The notes under the pieces were generated by a model. That model had not been told where the DNA came from. It was given only the letters and a program-made list of their open reading frames with translations, and searched no databases. From Spizellomyces punctatus DAOM BR117 (lineage: Eukaryota), in the NCBI GenBank assembly GCA_000182565.2, contig KQ257451.1: DNA of 64,000 nt. One strand, given 5' to 3'. Below, in pieces: positions 35,887 to 48,452 of the stretch. The number at the start of each line of letters is the position of its first letter. Position 1 is the first letter of the stretch. The translations under genes were made by a program, and so were the position numbers.

Positions 35887-38800
35887 ATGGCACGCGCTGA
35901 CGACGTGGATCTGGATGCGACGCATACGGATTTGCGGGAGCAGGAGCTTTCACTGCCGACAATTTTGGGTCGCATGCCAGCAAGAACACGCCCAGCACAA
36001 CGCGAGGATGTGTTGCCTAAAAGGACACGCAGACATGAACGATTTCAAGCACCCGAGCAATTGGGCATAAGTTACTTCGCATCGGGCCTTCAAGCCTGTT
36101 TCTCTGTTGTTGCCTGGGGAGTATTCTTTTTTGTTTTGGCCCATATTTCGAGGACCTGTCGTGTTGGAAAGTTGATTCTCATCTGGTTACCCACTGGCGC
36201 ACTCGCATCCGCCATGATGAGAACGGACACGGCGGTACGATACGTGTTAGCGTTATTTTACGTGCTCATAGTGATGGGATCCATGGCTATGGAATTTCCT
36301 ATCGCTACAGCAGGCGTTGTTGCAGTCTCTTCTGGTGTTGTCGGGGTGCTTATATCAACAGTGATGCGATGGGCGGTCCCAAACGTATCAAAAGGGCTGG
36401 AGACTTTGCGGGGAATTGTGATTTTCTCATGTCTCATTCCGGTATCAGCTCTGTTGGAAACTTGCTGCTTTGCATTAGGGATGTCGTCTCTGCAATTGTT
36501 AGCTGGAGTTTCTTACAAGCAGCTCGTTTTCAACATGTTCCCGCCGGTTATGTTGGGTTTGCTAGTAACCTGCCCGTTTTTGACGACCATGGATAAGAGG
36601 AAGGCGATTCATGTTGTGTGGTTTTGGAAGCAAGGCTATATGTACGAGGCTCTATGGTTTACTCTTTCGATTGGCCTGGCAGTCGGCTTACCCTTCACAT
36701 TCGCCTCGGTTCCCAATAACAATTTTGGACCAGTGTTCTTCTACATGTTTCCACTGTCGATGGCCGTGGCTTTAACGACCGGCATGTCTGGTCTGTGTGT
36801 TTACGCGGCAGTGGCCATTACCTCTGTGCTATCAGCGAATATTGTACTAGTACAACCTTCCGCTCCTGTGGATACCGACTACACCTCCTTTCGCACTGAG
36901 ATGTTGCAGCGATTACAATACTGGGTCTGTGTGATGATGACCGCTGGTCTAATGCTAGCCGCTGCTGTCGCCGAAAGAAATGCTCTTTTAGCGATTCTAG
37001 AACGTAAAGAACGGGAACGGGAGCGGAATAATCGTGACGAATCTCTTAAGCGACCTAGTGCTGCTTTGGCAGCCTCTGAATCTAGCATGGTGCTCGGGTT
37101 TGTGTGCAATGAGCTACGTAAGCCAATAGAGGACATTGTGCGGATGACGGAACCCATGGCCCTCGTGGGAGAGGATGCTTTTGCGGCTGCTTCTGTCTCG
37201 TTATGCGGTCGCGCCATCAAAAGGTTGGGAGAGCACATTCTTCAGTTACTAACAGATGCCTACGACTTTGCGCGGATTGGCAATGGACTGGTGACACCCA
37301 AAGTGTCTGTAGTGAATCTGCCGGAGTTGCTGGAGCAGATTACGACTGCCGTACGTGCTCAATATGGAAACCGGAAGATCCAGTTGGAAGTTCGACTTGC
37401 GCCTGGCTTACCCCAATACGTATTGGTTGATGAAAGTTGCTTGAGACGGGTATTACAAGTTCTTTGTGCCAATGCTTGCAAGGTAAGAATCCTTGAGCGT
37501 AAGCTGTTTAGTACAGAGACTGAGTAAGCGGATTCGTCACTAGCATGTTTCGCGACGCAGCCGCATCATCTTTGATGCCGTTCTGTCAACAAAATACTCC
37601 CGCGGCGGAGAAAAGAGAGATACTGTTGACGTTGATATGTCCATTACAGTAACGGACTGGGTATTAGAGCACCCCCAAGCCGACATTTTGCTCCGTCCTT
37701 ATGCTCACCTCTCGGCCACGACAACCGCAACGGCGGATCTGTCACTCGCGGTTGCCAGCGGCTTTGCGCGCTGCATGGGTGGAAGGGTCGTCGTGTTTGG
37801 CCAGCATGGTCGAGGAACGGTCTTCTCGTGTAAATTTCCCCTTCGGGTTTTGGAACGGCCGCCCAGTTTGGGCGAAATGGAAATGGGTGACTTGGGGGTA
37901 TCAGAAACTTCTTCGATAGCATCCACTCCCCCAGCCTCATTACCCACGACGTTAGAACGTCCAAGTCGACCACCGTTGCTGCGTCAACTTACCGGTGCAG
38001 CTGGCAATGCTGCTGGGGCCCTACTTACCAAAGATATTTCCCGCCGGCTGTCTTTGGGGACTTTGAGAAGAAGGTCAAGAGATTACGCTGCCGTTTCTGG
38101 TAATGAAGCAACTATGACTGTAGAACACACAACGGAGGACTACCCTCCAGATACCCCTCCCGAAACCCACATCGGCGAAATTGAGCCTGTGGAGTCTGGG
38201 CCATCAGATTTTAAAGATTCCAAGAAGCTTGTTCTCGTTGTAGACGACTCGAGCATCAGCCGTGCGATATTGGTGCGTATGCTGCAGAGGTATCCGCAAT
38301 TAGATGTGCACGAAGCGGCAAATGGTTCGCGGGCGCTGCAACTCTGCCTTGCACAGACGTTTTCAATCATTTTCATGGATATGGAGATGCCGGAAATGAC
38401 TGGACCTGTAAGCATCTGTGCTTGGTCGTCTTCAGGAGGGTTGGATATCTTACCTGAGAGCTTATTTAACGCATGTTATAGGCGGTAGCTCTGCGTCTCC
38501 GCCACGAAGGCCTCACCGCACCCATTATCCTTACAACGGCCAATACGTTAGGCCAAGATCAACTTCGTCAATCTGGAATTAACGAACTGCTCGTTAAGCC
38601 CATTACCAAAGAGAATATCAAAAATGTGCTGAGCAAGTACGGTGTCATTGAAGAACTCGAGCCGACGTATCCACCCGAGACACCACTCAGTTCGGCCCCA
38701 ACCACTATGGAGCGGTCCGAGACAGCTGATCTCCTTCCCAAGCACCCAAAAGATGGCATAACGGGCTACGAATCTCCGAAATCAACACCATCATCTTCTC

Positions 38801-39777
38801 TTAGCCGCCCTTCCAGCCTGTTCCGCCCGCAACACCTACTGGTGGGGAACGCCGCGATATTGGTGGTGGATGATAACCCTATCGGCAGAGCGCTATTGAA
38901 AAAAGCGCTGACCCAGATCTTGCCAGGACGGGACATTGTCGAGGCGGCGGACGGATCTGAGGCGGTGGCTAGATGTGCAGCTGGTGAGAAATTTGCCATC
39001 ATCTATATGGATTTAGAAATGCCGCATATGGATGGAGATGTAAGTTCGCACTGTCTTATTTTCTAATTGTCACACAGTCAGAAATTCAAACATCACCACC
39101 CAAAACAGATTGCTGCCACTCGCATTCGCAATATGCGCGTAGCGTCTGGCGGTCCCCCCATCGTGGCCGTCACAGGGCATGGTCTCGACTCAGAGGCCTA
39201 CCATAGCCTCCGCGCTGCAGGGATAAACGAAGCCATCAGCAAGCCCGTCGCGCGGGAAGTCCTTGTTGATACTCTGCGCCGGTATGGCATCCTTGGTATA
39301 TCCCCCAGCCCCTCAGGAACAACGTCCCCGGAATTTGAGCGCAAAGATGCGGGATTCGCTCCAGTACGGATGGGTTCTTCCGTCTCTGAATCTGTGGTGC
39401 GGAGCGCTCCTGGGTCATCGCGGTTAATGACACCGGATTTAGGAGCTGCCGTGCGTGCATTGAGGGACAGAGAACGCCTATCACCCCTGTCCAGGTCCAG
39501 AAGTCCATCTCCTGAAAGAAAGCAGCCTCATCGAGGCGAATCTGCGGAAGCAGGCAGAAGATCGACCATTTCCTCCGGATCTTCTCCTACATTCAAATTA
39601 AAGGGTCGATCAGGCGGTACGTCGCCCGATACCGCATCCCCTCCCGAGCATGCTGCAAATTCACCTGGGGATCTCCGGCGAATCCTCCTGCGCGGCGGAT
39701 CACCCGTCGAGATCCCTCGTCGTCGATTGGCTTCGGCTCCGGATGTCGGGCTGAGTAGGAACTCTGGGGTGGAATGA
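35887..39777 (+). CDS. Histidine-kinase-like pseudo-kinase: MASE1-like TM region, degenerate HisKA/HATPase, two receiver domains
   Basis: IWLPTG and many TM helices; H-box reads FVCNELRKPI (Asn 37108-37110); G1/G2 boxes lost. REC1 VVDD..FMDMEMP..TTAN..VKP and REC2 VVDD..YMDLEMP..VTGH..SKP. Introns 37483-37543, 38408-38481, 39040-39108. Confidence 0.88.
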
Positions 39778-42700
39778 GCGGTATTGATAGAGCACAGCTC
39801 TCAAATGTATACATTATTGTTCGTTTGTTTATTGTGACGTGATATGTTGTGACTGCGACTGCTTTATTTGATGCATGTCTTATTTTAATCACCATTTCTC
39901 CGCTGAATCTGCATAAATATCATCCAAGAAGAATTAGGAACGTACACACATGCTAATATGATAAACAATTAACAATAGCGCACGAATATATGTATCCACA
40001 ATTTGATTCCTTCAGACAAGCATGTAAATGATAGTAGTATAAGCCGCGTAGCTATGATATAGCAAACTTGCATCGCTAAGGTGTCGTCTATATGTGTCCA
40101 AAGTCCTTCCTCATGAATGAATGAGTTTTCGGGTACAAAGCAAGGTTGCGCAGCGTGATCTTGACCTGATCCCCCAATCCCCAACGATCATAGTCCGCAA
40201 AACGCAGGCAAATGAAGCCTGAAGATTAAAAAAGACCAAGACTGCTTGAGAAGTCAAAAAAACAAATTCCGAAAATAATCAGAAAGTGAGTGCACCATTT
40301 TAGAACATCAACTCGGTGCTGCCAGTTATACGTTTTACAGTTATTCATCACTTTGACATCTCTGAAGCTAATACTCAGGCCCTCAATTTATACTTCAAGT
40401 CTCGGGTGACTGATATACATGAGTGTGCTGGCTGCAGTTGCGAATCAGATGCGAATCCGACAGTAAATCAGTTCTTGTGCCTACTTCGAAACTTTTGAGA
40501 CTTAAAAGAGCATTGTAATCGTAATATTGACTGCTGTTATTTTGGTGGCTCGGATGTCTACGCCCGTCGCAAGATAAATTATTGACTGGATTGACAGGTA
40601 TGCCTTGATAAGGTCATTCACGACCTGTTGTGCAGAAGAAAAACCGCTCAGTATCCTATCTGCAACCCGACTGGATTGTCAAGTCTAAACTCGAGATGAA
40701 CGCTAACATGTGGTTTAATGGCTCCTATGAAAAGGAGAGAGTGCCCAACTGGGTCTTTTAGAAGGACGACATTTCTTCTTGGTGGTCGAAGTGGGCATGG
40801 AATGATAATCATTCAGACAAGAAAGCACAGCACGGGCTCCAAAAAGAGCAAGGTTGAGGAAGAAGTGAGATTCATGCACGATGGCGGTTATGTTACCTCT
40901 TAAATGTGCATTATGAGGGGACTCGCAGCCGCCGGCCGTAGCTCTCCCCTCTAGCATTAATCATCAGCAGTAGTGGGACAGCACTCGAAACATTTTCGTC
41001 CTCTCGCTGAATTCACTCGGCCCCCAATGTACTCAATATACGAGCAGATAACACAGTACATCCCTCGCAAGGAAGCGTTAAAAACTTTGGGTGTATTAAC
41101 CGCCTTAGGCCGAGCTAAGGTCATTCAGAATGTCGATCCTTACCAGTGCCGACCTTGGATAGTTGAAGGTACTGGCGGAGCTCACATCCGCCCTGGGTTT
41201 CTCTTGCCATAACGACAAGGACGACTGTGTTTGAATGATATATTCACGGTGACGCTTGCTGACACCACTCTCAGCGTTAATTCCATTGGGGAATTGGTAT
41301 TTAATATACCATATTACAGTGCCCACCGGCTGGCCAAAAGTTTGAACATTTGCAGTCAAGGAACATGCAGACCCTCCTAATGATTTATCTGGCTGTGATG
41401 TTATCCGGTGCGGCGAGAATCGAAGAGATGAAGCCAGCGGTATCAAACTGCATCATAGTAGGAGTCATTGAAGCGGTCATTGCTGAGAAATACTTCGGGG
41501 ATCGCCGGTTCTCCGTAGATCTTGTTAATGAATATTCGCAGGCGGACTGTGTGCCTAGGGATCATCGTGAAGTTCAACACCACAGAGATGTGTCAAGCCA
41601 TGTGGGGGATGACTGCCACCAGGTACCGTAGCCCGTCCATCTACGCTGGACTAAACTCGTAGATAATTTGTTAAATCTGCCTGGTAGATGGTGCATGGAA
41701 AGTAACCGCGAATATTTAAACGTCCTTCCCGCGGGAGGACTTAATGAAGTCCCGATCCCCAGAGGAATAACGTCAAGAATGACGGTGTCAGCAAGCCTTG
41801 TTCCATAGATGTATGATCCAAGAGCAGGCTTCGTTGTCGTTTTTAGTCAGAGAGCACGCAACGCGGAAACGAGCTCCACCACTTGAAACCTATCTACATG
41901 GACGAATGGGCGGACCGGTGTCCTTGCGCAACCACTTACGATCTTCCATATGCGAATCATGGAAGTGTGGTCATGGAACCCTGCCAATCGGAGTAAAAGG
42001 CAAACTATAACTCGTGAATTTACACATCCTTACCTAGAACCTCATTGTGCGAGTGTCTAGTCAACTAGAATGGTCAACACGAGCTCGGAGGAAGACGACG
42101 AAGATGGTGATCGATCTTATAAATGGTTCAGGCAAGAGGCACTCCTTACTGCCGGACTTTAATATCTTCAAGTTCACAATGAAAGCGGAATTTTGGCGTC
42201 CTGACTGCCTGTTTGGCATTATCGTCGAAGCATGGACAATATTTCAAACCGCATCTGGTTTTTCGATGAGATCTAGGAGTGACACACTTTCACGATTATC
42301 AGAATTCTACAAGCTGAGAATTAACCTGCTGTCTCTAGAATATTTGGAAATGCTTGCTAATTGAAATCTTTGATTTTCCAACGCTTTCGTTCCTCTCAAT
42401 AAGTCACTGATGTTAAACTAGTCAAGACAGATGGATTTTCAGATTTTTCCTTGTCCCATCGCTGCCTATGAATGTCCAGCAGTGGGTCATGGGCAATGTC
42501 AAGTAGCGACAAGGACATCACATGGCCGGCAGCAGAACCTTTTGTCAACTGCATAGGCCACATGTCAAGTGAGCCATGTCCCAAAAGTGTGACAGAATTT
42601 TGCAGGAGCGCATACAGAAATGCTTAACTCTGCTAACCCTATGCTACTAGTATTGGAAACACATGGGGTGACTTCTACGGGTTCCACTGAGAGCCTTACT

Positions 42701-42980
42701 GGAATAAATAGCAAAATGTGCGTACTTGCTGGGTCACTTTATGCTTCAATCTTGAAGTTGCTCAGTGTCCTCATGACATATACAAGAAAAGAAAATACGC
42801 TGGGATACAGCCTAGATGCGCTTCGGTCCCTTTTCGTAAACATCCATAGGTGTGAACACCCTTGCCCAAGTCACAACTACAACCAGTATAACTAAACATT
42901 AGAAAACTCGAAAATATAGAAAAGAACTTGTTCCAACGAACTCCTTCCGAGGAAAAAAGAAAGCGCATCAATGTTGGCAG

Positions 42981-43070
42981 CGCTCCCGGCCAGGGTCGAA
43001 CTGGCAACCTCTCGGTAGCTAGTAGCTAATGCTAACAGCCGAACGCGCTAACCAATTGCGCCACGGAAGC
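42981..43070 (-). tRNA. tRNA-Asn(GTT) with a 16-nt intron (43017-43032)
   Basis: The reverse complement GCTTCCG TGGCGCAATTGGTTAGCGCG TTCGG CT GTT A [gcattagctactagct] A CCGAG..GTTCGA..CGGGAGC G has its intron at the canonical 37/38 position. T6 terminator downstream (A-run 42953-42958). Confidence 0.95.
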
Positions 43071-43442
43071 TGCATGAAGTGATATGGAGATGATACATAT
43101 ATCCAAATTTTCGCGCCTCTGGAGATGGTCAGAATTGTAAATTCGACGTGGGAGAAAGTTCGAAGACGGACCAAGTCTGAACTACAATTATACTTCTATT
43201 AATGAAAAAAAAATGCTTCCAAACCGACATCAATAAACCTCCTACTACTTTTTGGTTCCTCATTCATACAGAACGAAAGTAAATCGTCCTTTCCTCCCCC
43301 AAACAGAATGCATACAGTAAAACAAAAACAATCCAAATAAAACCTTTGAAAACAAAAAAAAAGCGGAAATGACCCAAGAAAGACAAGAAAAGCTACATAC
43401 AAGAAATCGTTTCTTGGAAATGAACCGAGAGCAAAAGACTCT

Positions 43443-46400
43443 TTAACCAACGGCTTTCCGAGAAACAGCGCCAACACGTCCCCAAAGACTTGCTACAAAT
43501 CGCTCCAAAACTCTCTTATCCTCGTCTGACATGGCGCCTTCGGCATCAACGTCGCAATCGTCGCCCATGAGGAGGAGAGCTTCGACGAGGAGGATGGCGT
43601 GGCGGTACATGCTCTCGCATTGAGAGTGAGAGGGTTGGGACGAGAGTTCATTTAGGGCTGCGGTACGGGACTGAAAGATGACCCTTGTTTAAGCAAAAAT
43701 GTATGAATCATGTCTAAAAAACATGGGTACTCACCACTTCCAAAGCCCGATCGTACACGACTCGCTCAACACAACGTCGCCCTTCTTCTACGCCTGATCC
43801 TTCAATTTTCCCTCTGCACGTCTCAGCAGCATCCAAACACTCGTTAAAGCGTTCTCGAACCCATTGCACAGCGGTGCTCAAAATGCGCAAATTGACACCA
43901 CCGCTTCGAGACTCCCACACGCCTTTAGCAACCTCTATACCAAGCTGGTAGCATCGAAGAGCTAGAAGGTAGCAACCGAGGGCTTCCTCTGCAGTCGTTG
44001 GAGACACAGAGGATGACGAAAGCAGGGAATCACCGAGCTGCTGTACGGCGTGGCCTCGAAGGGCGCAAAGATTCAGGGTGTCAAGCAGAGGATGGTATCC
44101 CTCAGTTTGAACGACCTCCAAGCCAGAGTGGATATTTGGGCCTGGTGAGCCTGTTCTACCGCCTGTCCCACCGGCAGTGGCTGCTGCCGCATAGGCTGCT
44201 GGAGGAGTGGTCCCCAATATTCCTCCTGGAGAGCCTGATCCTCCAGAGTTACTGGAAGAGACGTTAAGGAATTGATGTGTCGATTCGCGCAAGGATCCGA
44301 AAATACGACCTATCGAGGAAATATAAAGTATGTTATGACACACCAAACAGTCGATCTGCTTTTCGCATACATGCATACCTTGTGTCTTGGGCTCAAGTCT
44401 AAGACTCCGAGGACTATGTGGCGACCCAGATGAAACGGAAGCACTGGAAGACGTGCCAGAACCAACGAGACCCGATATCGGCACAGGGACGCCTTGACTC
44501 GATCCCGTGCTAGGACTTCTTCCCCTAGCAGGAGGAAGAAACACGGCATGTCCGGCGGCAGCAGAGATAGGGCTGACAGGACCCGACTCGCCGGCGCCTA
44601 GATCTTGAGCATTTTTGCCCACCGCTCCAGCTACCTCATCGGCAAGCCAATTGACCTCAACAACCCGTTTTTCGACAACGACATATTCTTCCAGGCTGGC
44701 CCTGACATTGCCGTGGCTGCCGCTTCCGCTTCCGCTGCCACTACGTGCACTTGTTTCCAGCCGCCGAGCGACTGGCGGTGACAGAGTTGCTGGTGGATCT
44801 CCTACCGTTTCTTGCTCTCCAACGACATCATCGGCGTCCGCATCGCTCAATTCCAGGGACCCCAACGAGCTCAGAGAGGAGTTATTGTTGCCATCTCGTG
44901 TATCTTCCTCAGGTCCTGGTGCCTGCGCACTGGAACCTGGTACAGGCTCGACACTACCGGTGGCATGAACAAAAATGGAAGGATCCACATTGGCATATCC
45001 AGGAAAAGGCGGCTCGATCGCGACACTGACTCCACCACGTGTGTGGTCCAACATGTCGACTTTGCGCGCGTGGCTGACATCTTCTTCAACGACAACTGAA
45101 GAAAATGGTGGCACTTTCTCCCCTTCAAATCCAACGGATGCCTCCTTCCGAACTTCATCCCTGTAATCCGAATCATCCCCAGGGATTTTCATCCTCCCTC
45201 TTTCGGACCCAGTCCGTTCCAGTCGCAGATTGTCGCTGTATCCATAGGTGGGAGGATGCGGCCCATATACGATCTCGTCGGCTTTTACATGAAACACCGG
45301 TGCAGACGTCTGGCGCTGCATATCAAGGCGCTGAATGTGGCGCATAGGTGCAGATGACGGGGAAGGATGCCGCATGCTCTGGTGGTCGTAGACGTCTGTC
45401 GGATGCCCAAGTCCAGATCCCGCGGTGTACTGCGACGACGAGGCCAGCATGTCTGCTTCAACACGGCCAGCAGGAACCGCATTCGGATGAGCCATTCCGA
45501 GGACCTGCGTCTGAGACTGTCTTAGACTTGATGGATGGGTCACGGTCGTCTGTTTTGCGGGTGATGTATGGACACGGTACAGTGGGGCCGGCATTTGGGC
45601 ATCGCCTCGAGGTAAGCCGAGACCCTCTGAGATGGCAATATGTCCTCGGTTCGTGACATCAAACAGCGGTTCAGTACTGCTCGGTCCCAATGCAAATGGA
45701 GGATCCCCTTCAAGAGCAATACTGCTTGGTATTGATGTCGTTCCTTTTTGTGAAGAAGACGATGGGCTTCGCCGTAGGGTGCCCCTCAATAAACCCTCAC
45801 TAGCGTTAAAGGATCCGACTGTGTGCCCGCCAATAGCCCGGTTGCTGATGACGCAAGGATCGGCAAAGAACGCTTCAAACGACATTCGCTCAGAGGGATT
45901 TCTCTTTAGTAATTTCCTTATCAGATCCTTCAAATCATCACTTATAGGCTGTGCTCCCTGCATATGAGGAAACCGTGGGCTTGAACTGGGACTAGTCCCC
46001 AATCTTCTGCTTGGGGATGACGACAGTGCATTACTTCTTCTCCCAGCTACCATTGACGCCATGTCTTCACCTGGAAAAAGAATGATGCCTTCACCGCGTT
46101 CAATCTTCCTCAACAGGTCAATGTGATTTTGGGCTTTGAAGGGTGGCCGCCCAGTTACCATTTCGTACAGAATGGCACCAAAAGACCATAGATCTGCTTT
46201 GGCATCATATCTGTCCCCGCGGAGAATCTCTGGCGCCATATAGAGGGGGGAGCCGCACAAGGTAGATGCCAAGGACTGGGAGGGCAGCGCACGAGCAAAA
46301 CCAAAGTCAGCCAACTTGAGCATTGGCAGAGGCGGTACGGTGACGTACGTTCCGGGTTTCGCAGGATTGGGTATTCGGACGGCTGGTGAGTCTTGAGGAG

Positions 46401-47103
46401 CTGGTGACAGCAGTACATTCTGTTTTCTTCCAATCAGCCATTCGCTCTTTTGGAAACAACGACCGGATAGTTTAAGCATACCTGCGGCTTCAAGTCGCGA
46501 TGAATCAAGCTATGGGCTCGCAGGAATTCCATCGCCGAAGCTAAACAAGATGCAAAATAAACCGTAAGTCCCCTTGTACGATTTTACATTCTGTTTTGAT
46601 ATGGAGCATACCGAGCTGCTTCAGAAAGTGCCGCACTACAACATCATTTAGCCCGCCCCACGGCCCAGCCAGCGGATTCCATGCGCCCGCTTCGACGGTC
46701 GCCCCGCCGACAAGGCCACGGCGCTTGATGTAATGTGAGAGGTCACCGAGGGAGCAGTATTCCATGATGAGATGGATGTGCTTATCCGTTTTCTGTAACA
46801 GCATGCAACGTGAGTAGCTGCATTTTTGAGGTGCATCCACATGTTCCGAAACCCTACCATGATATCCAACAGGGCCACAACATGCTCATGCTGAATTCCC
46901 TTTAGAATCTTGATTTCACCCTCTAGATTCTCAGCTAATTTCCTATTTAGTTTATCCCTCGACACGGACTTTACGGCAACTGGTTGTCCAGAAGAAATGG
47001 ATTTCCCCATGTACACCGTAGCAAAGGACCCTCGCCCGATTTCGTGTCCGATGATGTAGTCACCGACCGCAGTCGATGATACAGTTGATGGTATTGAAGA
47101 CAT
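43443..47103 (-). CDS. ATG1: Atg1/ULK serine/threonine kinase, multi-exon
   Basis: [108 protein letters not shown] and a C-terminal MIT-like region [21 protein letters not shown] 43443-43445. Confidence 0.95.
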
Positions 47104-47691
47104 TGGGGAATCTCGTCAATAGTCGCTTTGTTGGGTCTCTTCGTTGCAATGTGGCTTTCAAAGACGACTAGAATAAGGTTTGCGGTTGTTTCTACTAAAA
47201 AGATTTTGTTGAGCGACGATTCTCGTCTGTGGTGGGCGCAAATCACCTAGCTCACCTGACAATACACAACTACCCAGATTACCGATGCGGATATTAGAAA
47301 AATTTGGGACAAACTTGGGCAACCAAAAATATGTACACTATAAGAGGTGGCAACAGAGAAAAGGGAAGGACTGCGGCAAAAGACAGCAACAAAAAAAGTG
47401 GAAGCAAAACAGAAAACAGGGAAGGGGAATGCTAAGGTAAGGCTGTAGGTAGCATGATACGGCCGGGAAGCCACTCCGTAGGAGTGCTCCGGGCAACCAG
47501 ACAACGTAAAGCTGCCTGTTTACTTTCTGTCTCTCCCTCCCTTTTTTTTTCACTAGAGGTCCAAGCTGACAAGTGTATCAGGTTCTACGACTGCGCTCCC
47601 AAAAGGAATGGTGGGTTGGTAAGTAGGGAGCGGCTTGTGGTTGACCAAAACAAACTGCTCGAAAGATATAGAGTTGGCAGTGCAGTGCCTT

Positions 47692-47709
47692 TGTGTGTGT
47701 GTGTGTGTG
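47692..47709. repeat. (TG)n microsatellite upstream of ATG1
   Basis: About 9 TG units, directly visible. Confidence 0.8.
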
Positions 47710-48452
47710 GTTGTGCTGTGTGGGCTGGACACTGACGGTCCTGTGCAGTATGTGACTCTGCGCGAAGAGAATGTTGGGAGGTGGTCGCAAATGCACTCGC
47801 GAGTAAAGAAATGCGTTCCTGTTGCAGGCCGGTGGGAAAGTTACGCTTCTTGCCAGTTGCTGCTTTTTCCGTTGTCCTCCCTCGTTTCCGAACGTAAGAG
47901 GCAGGTTGTCGTTGTGCAAAGTAACTTGGAAGGCAATAATAATCAAGGGGAGAGGAGGTGGCGAATCTGTCCGAAAGCGACAAAGTTCAACCCAGCTGCG
48001 GAGGGAAGGAGGAGGTTTCCTTCAAGTCGCGTGGTTTGGGGCAATTGCGTGTACGAGTTTGCCCTATTATTGATTTGATGGTGGAAGAAGTGTAAACCTT
48101 TGGCCGTGGAGGTCACTCTCCTTACGACACTTTTCAATTAATTATGTTGGTAAAACTAAAATGCTTGTAACGTAAAAAAACACACAATCCCTTCGATGGT
48201 GTGATAACTGCAGTATCTTGCGCGTGCGGACAAATCACAACAAGTAAAGATCACGCCAAAACAACATCTTGCGAGATAATGATTCCAGTCATATGACCGT
48301 GACATCATGTGACAGCTGCTTACATCATGAAGATCAAGGGATTGTTCATCATCAGTTGAAAGGGTTAACACCTCGTATATTTTCAATGTCCCTTGCAATA
48401 TATGTGCCTTCAAATATAAACAATAAAAAAATACATCACGGATAAGCCATAG

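Noticed and set aside
26180-39777. Bacterial contamination as the source of the two-component genes
   Set aside because: All three genes have multiple spliceosomal introns and the same sequence style as the flanking eukaryotic genes.
25235-47103. ATG10 and ATG1 as an autophagy gene cluster
   Set aside because: They are about 17 kb apart and separated by unrelated genes; chance is sufficient.
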